Of a stretch of DNA of 64,000 nt, positions 1 through 6,449 are shown piece after piece (the stretch's first letter is position 1; each line of letters starts with the position of its first letter). The notes under the pieces were generated by a model. The model was not told where the DNA came from and searched no databases. It worked only from the letters and a program-made list of their open reading frames with translations. The stretch lies in assembly GCA_964549685.1 (NCBI GenBank), contig CAZJVE010000001.1, positions 83,806-147,805 on the forward strand. Reading direction: 5' to 3'. The DNA is from an uncultured archaeon. GTDB taxonomy: Archaea > Altiarchaeota > Altiarchaeia > IMC4 > QMZM01. A program made the position numbers and the translations under genes.

Positions 1-115
1 AGTCTATCCTCAAACTCTTTGGAGATTCCTGACTCCTGGATGGATTTCTCCAGCCCATTTAGTCTATCCTCAAACTCTTTGGAGATTCCTGACTCCTGGA
101 TGGATTTCTCCAGCC
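1..115. repeat. 60-bp period tandem repeat (coding, LEKSIQESGISKEFEDRLNG)
   Basis: Positions 1-55 are identical to 61-115. Confidence 0.95.
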
Positions 116-221
116 TTTCGACAAATTTTGAGGCTACAGCCTCCTGCTTGGCTCTAAGAATTAGATTCATTATCTCGGGGTCATTCATAATCTCCCTTTT
201 TATTATACCTTCAAGCTCCAT
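1..221 (-). CDS. Partial (runs off the window) helical protein with 20-aa tandem repeats; last visible gene of the acidic-paralog operon
   Basis: Not in the ORF track. Manual translation from ATG at 221 (1 nt after the TAG of the upstream gene): MELEGIIKREIMNDPEIMNLILRAKQEAVASKFVERLEKSIQESGISKEFEDRLNGLEKSIQESGISKEFEDR..., open to the window edge. Confidence 0.8.
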   Translation of the reverse strand, partial: MELEGIIKREIMNDPEIMNLILRAKQEAVASKFVERLEKSIQESGISKEFEDRLNGLEKSIQESGISKEFEDR

Positions 222-222
222 T

Positions 223-576
223 CTACGACATGTTATCCAAAACCTTCTCAATAACCCTGCTCCTGAATTCCTGGTCTTTGAGGGCCCGTTTCATCAAGGC
301 CTTCTTTAGCTTGGAATTCGTATCTGTCTTCTTGAGTATGTTCTCTGCAACTTCATGAACAACGGTTTCGTCTTTCTTAAACGTCTCCAAGACATCTTTC
401 GTAATCTTCTTCACCAGGTCTTTGTCGTCCATGAGGCTGCCCTCATCATCCAATTCCTCGATTTCTGTCTCTAAGAAATCCTCCTCTTTCTTTGCTATCG
501 CATCCAGGACGGAGTTCTTAAATTCATCATCCTTTAATAAACCCCGAATATCGTTCCTCGTTATGTCAATACCCAT
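223..576 (-). CDS. Acidic helical repeat protein, unknown family (long variant)
   Basis: MGIDITRNDIRGLLKDDEFKNSVLDAI...DQEFRSRVIEKVLDNMS; AAGGAGG Shine-Dalgarno upstream favours the ATG at 576 over the track start at 585. Confidence 0.85.
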   Translation of the reverse strand: MGIDITRNDIRGLLKDDEFKNSVLDAIAKKEEDFLETEIEELDDEGSLMDDKDLVKKITKDVLETFKKDETVVHEVAENILKKTDTNSKLKKALMKRALKDQEFRSRVIEKVLDNMS

Positions 577-592
577 TTTAAACAACCTCCTT

Positions 593-1024
593 TTATTGAA
601 GTTCTTCTATCAGGCCATCTATTATCCTCTGCCTTTTTTCCGGACTTTTGATGATTATGGCAACCAACTCCTTCCTGAGGCTGGCATCGTCCTCTATGAC
701 CTCTGCCATTTTTCCAGCCACCTCTTCTGCAATGTCGTCCATTTCTTCAGAGGAGATTACTGCTTTGATAACCATCTCCCTGAATTCCCCCTCCATTAGG
801 ATTTTCTCTGCCGAGATTTTCACCTTGGCTTTGATTTCTTCCTCTGACTTGGAGACCTCCCTGGCACTCTTTATTATCTTCTTTGCAACCTTCCTTGGAA
901 TCCCTGCTCTTTTTGAGAATCTTGCAGGGGTTTCCTTTGCTACATCCTCTAGGTCATTATATCCGGCTTCTCTCAGTCTTTTTGCTCTTTCTTCACCAAC
1001 TCCGGCTATTTTTTCCAGATTCAT
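593..1024 (-). CDS. Helix-hairpin-helix domain fused to the acidic helical paralog domain
   Basis: N-terminal LEKIAGVGEERAKRLREAGYNDLEDVA (HhH, RadA N-terminal-like); C-terminal EFREMVIKAV...IEDDASLRKELV...LIEELQ matches the neighbouring paralogs. Confidence 0.85.
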   Translation of the reverse strand: MNLEKIAGVGEERAKRLREAGYNDLEDVAKETPARFSKRAGIPRKVAKKIIKSAREVSKSEEEIKAKVKISAEKILMEGEFREMVIKAVISSEEMDDIAEEVAGKMAEVIEDDASLRKELVAIIIKSPEKRQRIIDGLIEELQ

Positions 1025-1051
1025 TTTTCTACCTCCGATAGCTGAGAGGAA

Positions 1052-1152
1052 TTATTGTAGTTCTTCGACCGGAACATCCAGAGCTTCTTGTACCATAATA
1101 TCCTTAGATTTCTTGCTCTCGCTCCGCTAATTCCAGCTATCCCCACATTCAT
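1052..1152 (-). pseudogene. Internally deleted, frameshifted remnant copy of the HhH-acidic fusion gene
   Basis: SD and start GAGGTAGAAAATG resemble those at 1024; reads MNVGIAGISGARARNLR (cf. MNLEKIAGVGEERAKRLR), then in another frame ...EALDVPVEELQ-stop. Confidence 0.6.
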
Positions 1153-1181
1153 TTTCTACCTCGTCTAGCCAATAAACTGCT

Positions 1182-1607
1182 CTATTGCAGTTCCTCGACC
1201 AGAGTATCCAATATTCTTTGCTTGCTATCCCCATCCATGAGTACTCTGGAAACAAGCTCCCTTCTGAACCCGGGGTCATCTTCCACCGCATCAGAGAGTT
1301 CGTCAACTATATCCTTTACTAGGTCGTCTTCTATTTCCACGGATGAGGTCATTGCATCCAGAACAGAATTCCTGAATTCTGCATCCTGCAGCAATTCCCT
1401 TATATTGGCTTTTGATATATCGGCCATTTTTATCCAGCTTTGTTTATTGTTCCTAAACTCAAAATGGTTCCTCCACCATCCATTTTTCCTATCATCAAGC
1501 TCGTCAACTCTCCAACCAACCCTACAATTGCTACAACGCAATACCTTGTATCCCCCACCAATTGTCCATACAAGCAGGTCAGAGGAACCACAGTTTGGAC
1601 ACTGCAT
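1182..1607 (-). CDS. Zn-ribbon (CPNC...CSNC) in frame with an 81-aa acidic helical paralog (internal ATG at 1427)
   Basis: Two CxxC pairs; MADISKANIRELLQDAEFRNSVLDA...LVEELQ starts at 1427. Confidence 0.8.
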   Translation of the reverse strand: MQCPNCGSSDLLVWTIGGGYKVLRCSNCRVGWRVDELDDRKNGWWRNHFEFRNNKQSWIKMADISKANIRELLQDAEFRNSVLDAMTSSVEIEDDLVKDIVDELSDAVEDDPGFRRELVSRVLMDGDSKQRILDTLVEELQ

Positions 1608-1608
1608 C

Positions 1609-1854
1609 CTATTGAAGCTCTTCTACTAGCTTATCCAAGACACGCTGCTTTGTGCCCTTGTTCCTGAATGCCCTGGCAACCAGCTCTCTCTTGAAGACTG
1701 GATCGTCTTCTATCATGTCAGAGAGCTCATCCACTATGTCGCCTATAAGGTCGCTTTCTATATCCGCAGAGCTAACCATTGCATCCAAGACGGCATTCTT
1801 AAAGGACTCATTCTGCAGCATTGCCTTGATTTCGGCTTTTGGTACATCGGTCAT
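1609..1854 (-). CDS. 81-aa acidic helical paralog, unknown family
   Basis: MTDVPKAEIKAML...IVDELSDMIEDDPVFKRELV...LVEELQ; strong SD AAGGAGGTGA. Confidence 0.9.
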   Translation of the reverse strand: MTDVPKAEIKAMLQNESFKNAVLDAMVSSADIESDLIGDIVDELSDMIEDDPVFKRELVARAFRNKGTKQRVLDKLVEELQ

Positions 1855-1872
1855 TTTTCACCTCCTTATTTT

Positions 1873-1989
1873 TTATTTTTGTTTAATCTCAGAGTGAGAA
1901 AGTCTCTCAATCAAACTCTCCCTGAATTCATCATTTCTCAATAGGTCCCTTATGGATAGAATCCTCACCCTTTTCCCTTCCAGCTTCAT
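1873..1989 (-). CDS. 38-aa micro-paralog carrying one repeat unit
   Basis: Not in the track. MKLEGKRVRILSIRDLLRNDEFRESLIERLSHSEIKQK; ATG 1 nt after the upstream stop; IRDLLRNDEFRESL matches IRGLLKDDEFKNSV. Confidence 0.65.
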   Translation of the reverse strand: MKLEGKRVRILSIRDLLRNDEFRESLIERLSHSEIKQK

Positions 1990-1990
1990 T

Positions 1991-2236
1991 CTATTGAAGC
2001 TCCTCTACCAGGGCATTAAGAACCTTCTCCTTGGCATCTGCGTCCTCAAAGAGCCTGTTTATCAGCTCACTCTTAAAGGTTGGGTCATTCTCTATCATGT
2101 CGGAAAGCTCATCTACAATGTTCCCTATAAGGTCGTCCCCCACGTCAGTAGATGCTGCTACTGCATCCAGCACATCGTTCCTAAATGCCTTCTCATTTAA
2201 CAATTTTCTTATCTCGTCTTTTGATACATCAGTCAT
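1991..2236 (-). CDS. 81-aa acidic helical paralog, unknown family
   Basis: MTDVSKDEIRKLL...IVDELSDMIENDPTFKSELI...LVEELQ; SD GGGAGGT. Confidence 0.9.
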   Translation of the reverse strand: MTDVSKDEIRKLLNEKAFRNDVLDAVAASTDVGDDLIGNIVDELSDMIENDPTFKSELINRLFEDADAKEKVLNALVEELQ

Positions 2237-2254
2237 TTTTATTTACCTCCCATC

Positions 2255-2485
2255 CTATAACATTTCATCCAAAACCTTGGCTTTTAGTTCCTCTCTTATT
2301 TTCGGCTTTTTTAATTCTTTGAAAAAAGAGGGGTTGTCCTCCAAGGCATCGCTTATTACGTCGTCCAGATCTTCATAGAAGTCTGAATCTACACTTTCAC
2401 CTTTCCCCATCCAGAGTTGCTTCATTTCCTCCATTATTTCATCACTAACCTCTGTCACCGTTGTAAATTTTGGCACATCAGTCAT
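2255..2485 (-). CDS. 76-aa divergent acidic helical paralog
   Basis: MTDVPK start shared with 1609..1854; ISDALEDNPSFFKEL motif. Confidence 0.85.
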   Translation of the reverse strand: MTDVPKFTTVTEVSDEIMEEMKQLWMGKGESVDSDFYEDLDDVISDALEDNPSFFKELKKPKIREELKAKVLDEML

Positions 2486-2630
2486 TTTTGTTCACCCCTT
2501 TCTGTAGGTCAACAACATAAAGCTCGCAATCCGAATCTTTGAACTTTTCCTCCAATACCTCATCCAGGATGTGTTCCTCTTTCAGTTCCTCCAGTATCTT
2601 TTTCATGTTGTTGATTCTTAGCGTAAACAT
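2478..2630 (-). CDS. 50-aa acidic small protein
   Basis: Not in the track. MFTLRINNMKKILEELKEEHILDEVLEEKFKDSDCELYVVDLQKGVNKND; fills the operon gap; its stop overlaps the next start (ATGACTGA). Confidence 0.65.
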   Translation of the reverse strand: MFTLRINNMKKILEELKEEHILDEVLEEKFKDSDCELYVVDLQKGVNKND

Positions 2631-2642
2631 TTTATGGGCAAA

Positions 2643-3173
2643 TCAATCATTGAAATTCATAATCACAAGCTTGACTCCCTCTCCACTGCCATTCTCGCTT
2701 TCCACATACTTGAGGACGTCGCCAATGTTGTGATACTTGGGCTTCCTGTACTTCAGGTTTGGGTATATTACCCTGACTCCCTTTTCCTCAAGCTTTTTGA
2801 TTGTTGCAAGGTCTACATCATCCAGATCATCGAGTTCTACATGCTCTATGTCATCATCGGGATTCAGGGTCTTTTCTATTTTCTCTTCAGCCTTGTCCAG
2901 TGCTTCCCTCACCTTCCCGTTATTGCTCTTGATTACTAGGTCATCCATCCCCTTTGCATTATCCTTTACCGACTCGGAGTACTCAATTGCCTCAATCAAC
3001 ATCCTCTTCCTGAATTCCACGTTATCTCTAATCTGTGTTGACAACAGAGTGGCTATCTCTCTTGTCAGAGCATTCATCAGACTTGGGTTTGTTAGAATTC
3101 CGTTCACTATGGAATTCGACAGCTCTCTGTCCCGGATTAGTCCCTCAACGTCGGATTTTTTAATTATCGCCAT
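2643..3173 (-). CDS. Two-domain protein: N-terminal paralog-like helical domain plus acidic alpha/beta C-terminal region
   Basis: IKKSDVEGLIRDRELSNSIVNGI...IRDNVEFRKRML aligns with the paralogs; SD AAGGAGGTGA. Confidence 0.8.
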   Translation of the reverse strand: MAIIKKSDVEGLIRDRELSNSIVNGILTNPSLMNALTREIATLLSTQIRDNVEFRKRMLIEAIEYSESVKDNAKGMDDLVIKSNNGKVREALDKAEEKIEKTLNPDDDIEHVELDDLDDVDLATIKKLEEKGVRVIYPNLKYRKPKYHNIGDVLKYVESENGSGEGVKLVIMNFND

Positions 3174-3855
3174 TTTTTGCTTTTGTCACCTCCTTTATCC
3201 TGTAAAGCGCCTGAAGATACTGATAGAAGCTCCTGGCCCTTTTGGGATTTACCCTCACAGTTCCGTCATCCTTGTAACTGAGAAGGTCAGCTATATCCAA
3301 CTTATCTATTGCCGCGACTCCCTCAATGCTTCTTGGTAGAAATAGGGCCAGTCTGCCTATCTCCAGGGGAGTGTAGGTTATTTCTAAGCTCTCTAAATCT
3401 GGTTCCTTTTTGTTGCCGTAAACCCTCAGGAAAAGCCTTATGGAATTCACACCAAGCAATGTTTTATAGATCTTTTCAGCAGCTTCTTTACTGATTCTGC
3501 TTTCTAATGCCCTGACTTCATTTACCGCCTCCTCGCCGAGCTTGGTTCTTATATATCCTCCATCGGTTTTTTCTATCAGCTTGAATCCCAGCAACTTATT
3601 GATGTGTCTATCGATATCTAGGATATTTACTTCATTGCAAATCCTTGTTAGCTCTTCCTGATCAAGTTCGTTTCCGGCTTTCTGGAGCAGCTGCATTCTA
3701 AAACACTCCCCTCTTGGAGATGTTAATACAGCATGCAGTTTTGCTATCTCCTCTGCATCCCCGAATATTTTCTTGATGAGAGCACCATCGAGGTCTTTTG
3801 CTGTTTCCATAATCTTCCCGGCTATGGTCCTTGCAATGTTTCTTTCCTCATCCAT
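3160..3855 (-). CDS. Hypothetical protein with probable tandem winged-helix domains
   Basis: DRHINKLLGFKLIEKTDGGYIRTKLGEEAV is a wHTH helix-wing pattern; second IDKLDIADLLSYKDDGTVRVNP. Start at 3855 preferred (ATGGATGA overlap); the track starts at 3894. Confidence 0.7.
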   Translation of the reverse strand: MDEERNIARTIAGKIMETAKDLDGALIKKIFGDAEEIAKLHAVLTSPRGECFRMQLLQKAGNELDQEELTRICNEVNILDIDRHINKLLGFKLIEKTDGGYIRTKLGEEAVNEVRALESRISKEAAEKIYKTLLGVNSIRLFLRVYGNKKEPDLESLEITYTPLEIGRLALFLPRSIEGVAAIDKLDIADLLSYKDDGTVRVNPKRARSFYQYLQALYRIKEVTKAKNGDN

Positions 3856-3949
3856 TTTCTTTTTGGTCTTTGCTCTTCTCACAATAAATCTCATTTACGA
3901 TTGTTTCTATAATCTTCCCCATCCCTGAATCCTTTCTTTTTTCATCCAT
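3848..3949 (-). CDS. 33-aa micro-ORF resembling the N-terminus of 5294..5515
   Basis: Not in the track. MDEKRKDSGMGKIIETIVNEIYCEKSKDQKENG; coupled at both ends by ATGGATGA start/stop overlaps. Confidence 0.55.
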   Translation of the reverse strand: MDEKRKDSGMGKIIETIVNEIYCEKSKDQKENG

Positions 3950-5291
3950 CTTCTTCCTCTTCCTCATTGCCGGCATAATTCTTTTCATAAACCGAATTCA
4001 GCACAATGGCGGAAACGCAGTCGTCTGTTGAATTATTCCCTGTTCTGAATGAATCTGGAAGTCCTACCTGAAGCCCTATGTATAACGCCAAGAAGGCAGA
4101 TAATACCGGCTCCTGAAGATTGAACATTGTAGCTAATGGCCCTGCGAATAGCACAAGTTCTCCCGGTATGCCCGGGACCCCATAGCTCAGTATAAAGATT
4201 AAAGGAACGCTAAGGAGCCACTCTACCAGGGATATTTCAATCCCCAGAGCACTGGCAACCAAGCCTCCCAAGACAAAGATACATATTACGGTCCCGTTTA
4301 TGTTTAGATAGGAGCCCATTCCAACCACGAATCTTCTCACTACTTTGCTTATCCTTGGAAAGTGTTTCTTGGTGAGATAGAGGTTTAGAGGTGTAGCAAG
4401 AGCCTCTGAACTGGTAGCCCAGAGTAAGGGATAGACTCTAATCCAGTAATCCTTAAAGTAAGAGTTGACAGAGAACCAGTCCGTTTTGTATTTAGCCCAG
4501 AATACTATTACAAGATGCCAGATAATGCAAGCAACCCCAACCAGAAAAGAACCTAAGAGATAGAGTCCGACCATCCCCAAGGGGTTGTTAGGGTCTATTG
4601 GAAAACCAAAGAAATCCACATTATGGAAGGTAAAGCCGCCAGAAATCTCTGAGTTTATATTACCATTCACAGAATTAGGCAATGCATAGACATAGCCACC
4701 AATAGCAAACATGAAGAAAGGAATTATAGGAACGAATAACTGACCAAAGCTCTCTAATCCTACCGAAGCCCTATCTAAAATCCTGTTGAGCCATGATAAT
4801 TGGGGAACCTTAACCGAGAGGAAAGCGGTTATGATTCCAACCCAGATTGCAAGCAGGAAGGGACTGCTGTAGGACATTCTGAACAAAGTTGAGAGAGACT
4901 CCATTACAGCCTCCTCTATGGATAAGCTCCTGCTCGGCATAATCGGAAAACCGAAGATTACTACCGTAAAGAATACCGCAAACAGAGAAGCCATGAGTCT
5001 TCTCATGCCCAGCCACAAGACAGCATATCTTCCAAATTTCCCGGCCTTGGAATTAAGTAGTTTGGCCAAGGCAGGGGTAAGTATGATGAAGATAGCTATG
5101 GGGGCAATATATCCATACAGATCAATAAAGGTTTCCATACCCTCAGTCACGAGGTTAACGAAACCCTCCGAGATACTTGCAATGAGAATTCCTGCAACAA
5201 AAGAACCTACGGTAAGGAATACTATGTACTTCTCCAGAGCACCCATGATGCTCCCATATGATTTATCAAAATTCATCGTTTTATGACTCAA
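3942..5291 (-). CDS. Dicarboxylate/amino acid:cation symporter (DAACS/SDF, GltPh fold), divergent
   Basis: Multiple TM segments; HP1-like WATSSEALATP, TM7 NINGT (canonical NMDGT), HP2 GVPGIPG, TM8 DSFRTGNNSTDD (canonical DMGRTMVNVTGD); ATG at 5276 is an alternative start. Confidence 0.85.
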   Translation of the reverse strand: MSHKTMNFDKSYGSIMGALEKYIVFLTVGSFVAGILIASISEGFVNLVTEGMETFIDLYGYIAPIAIFIILTPALAKLLNSKAGKFGRYAVLWLGMRRLMASLFAVFFTVVIFGFPIMPSRSLSIEEAVMESLSTLFRMSYSSPFLLAIWVGIITAFLSVKVPQLSWLNRILDRASVGLESFGQLFVPIIPFFMFAIGGYVYALPNSVNGNINSEISGGFTFHNVDFFGFPIDPNNPLGMVGLYLLGSFLVGVACIIWHLVIVFWAKYKTDWFSVNSYFKDYWIRVYPLLWATSSEALATPLNLYLTKKHFPRISKVVRRFVVGMGSYLNINGTVICIFVLGGLVASALGIEISLVEWLLSVPLIFILSYGVPGIPGELVLFAGPLATMFNLQEPVLSAFLALYIGLQVGLPDSFRTGNNSTDDCVSAIVLNSVYEKNYAGNEEEEEDG

Positions 5292-5293
5292 TT

Positions 5294-5515
5294 CTAACCA
5301 AGGAGCTCATCCGTTACATCCTTCATGACGTTTTTCTTAATCTCTGGTTCTGAAAACGCTTTGTCCAGAAGCCTTGATTGGAATTCTGGGGAACCCTCCA
5401 CATAGTCAGCTATCGTTTCAGAAATGTCCTCTATGCCATCATCGCTTTCCTTTGCCTTTGCTATCACTACATCCACGATGCTATCCAATACGTCCTTTTT
5501 TGTTTTTTTATCCAT
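5294..5515 (-). CDS. 73-aa acidic helical paralog; first gene of the operon
   Basis: IADYVEGSPEFQSRLLDKAFSEPEIKKNVMKDVTDELL aligns with the C-terminal half of the paralogs. Confidence 0.85.
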   Translation of the reverse strand: MDKKTKKDVLDSIVDVVIAKAKESDDGIEDISETIADYVEGSPEFQSRLLDKAFSEPEIKKNVMKDVTDELLG

Positions 5516-5585
5516 TTTTATACTTGTTTTACCTAATTAGAGTATTATACAGCCTTATTTAAATAATTTGTGCTGTATCTGGTCA

Positions 5586-5690
5586 GTTACAACAGATTAA
5601 AAGTCAGATATGACTCTATTTGTTGTAACAAGGAAGAAACAACCTTTTTTGGTTTGTAATGAAGAGGTACAAAAAGGTAGACGTTGTAAC
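5586..5690. promoter_or_regulatory. Inverted/direct repeat operator candidate in the divergent promoter of the operon
   Basis: GTTACAACA (5586) / TGTTGTAAC (5621) inverted pair around AGTCA-GATA-TGACT; third GTTGTAAC at 5683; AT-rich TATA-like box near 5556-5565. Confidence 0.5.
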
Positions 5691-5709
5691 AGGATGGTGA
5701 CAAATCAGG

Positions 5710-5970
5710 ATGAAATGGGATAATGCTTTTTGGGTGTGGCTGATGGTAGTGGTTCTGCTCTCACTTTTCGTATTCTTTACCAGGATAAACCCTGAGCTAA
5801 TATTCTTCCTGCAGATGTTGATAATTCTTGGCCTGGTCATAGAGAGAATGGCCAGAATCTCAGCTGAAAGGGAAATGTGGAAAATACAGAAAAATATCTA
5901 TGAGTTCTGGCTGAAAACAAGCAAGATGGAGCCAAAGGTAAAAAGGGAGCTGCTAGAGAAATTCAAATGA
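5710..5970 (+). CDS. Small membrane protein (2 TM) of unknown function
   Basis: Two hydrophobic stretches then a charged helix; divergent from the operon. Confidence 0.7.
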   Translation: MKWDNAFWVWLMVVVLLSLFVFFTRINPELIFFLQMLIILGLVIERMARISAEREMWKIQKNIYEFWLKTSKMEPKVKRELLEKFK

Positions 5971-5974
5971 GGCA

Positions 5975-6187
5975 CTATACGGATTCCAGTTCCTTTACGA
6001 CCATATCCAATAAAATTTTGTCTTCGGTAATTTTTTTCAGAATTCGTTCTCTCAGTCGGGGGTCCTCCATAATGGCATCCGCTATCTCCTTTGCCAGGGC
6101 GTCTCGATTATTTGGTTCAAAATCGCCTTTCAACCCGTTCAAGATATTGCTTACTATTTCTTTATCAGTGAACTTTCCATTTACCAT
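5975..6187 (-). CDS. 70-aa helical paralog (separately transcribed)
   Basis: LAKEIADAIMEDPRLRERILKKI...VVKELESV matches the paralog motif. Confidence 0.75.
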   Translation of the reverse strand: MVNGKFTDKEIVSNILNGLKGDFEPNNRDALAKEIADAIMEDPRLRERILKKITEDKILLDMVVKELESV

Positions 6188-6449
6188 TCTGGATTACGTA
6201 TATAGTTTACATTTGACTACATAAATATAAAATCTGCAGGGGAATTTAGTCCGTTTATAATACTTTGTCATGTTAAGATAGTCTTTTGACTATATGATTA
6301 GAAATTATGGCTTTTATGGTCGAAAGATTAAAATTATTTAGCTAAATTTAATTTTGGATGGATATTCGAACTCTGGTTTGATAACTTAAATAAGGTGTAA
6401 TTGGCAAAATTACAGATAAAATGGGCACTCTATATGACTGAGACACACA

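Noticed and set aside
1-120. 60-bp repeat as a CRISPR array
   Set aside because: Units are contiguous with no unique spacers, the period is a multiple of 3 and it reads as an open frame on the minus strand
19-3494. Plus-strand Ser-rich ORFs (e.g. 648..1130, 1222..1629, 2737..3339)
   Set aside because: Antisense shadows of Glu/Asp-rich minus-strand genes; the same applies to most short opposite-strand ORFs across the window
223-6187. Gas vesicle, BMC shell, encapsulin or calcyanin identity for the small paralogs
   Set aside because: No GvpA-type LDRILDKG/RVSLVGIE motif, no BMC beta-strand pattern, no HK97-size gene and no glycine-zipper; the proteins are all-helical and acidic
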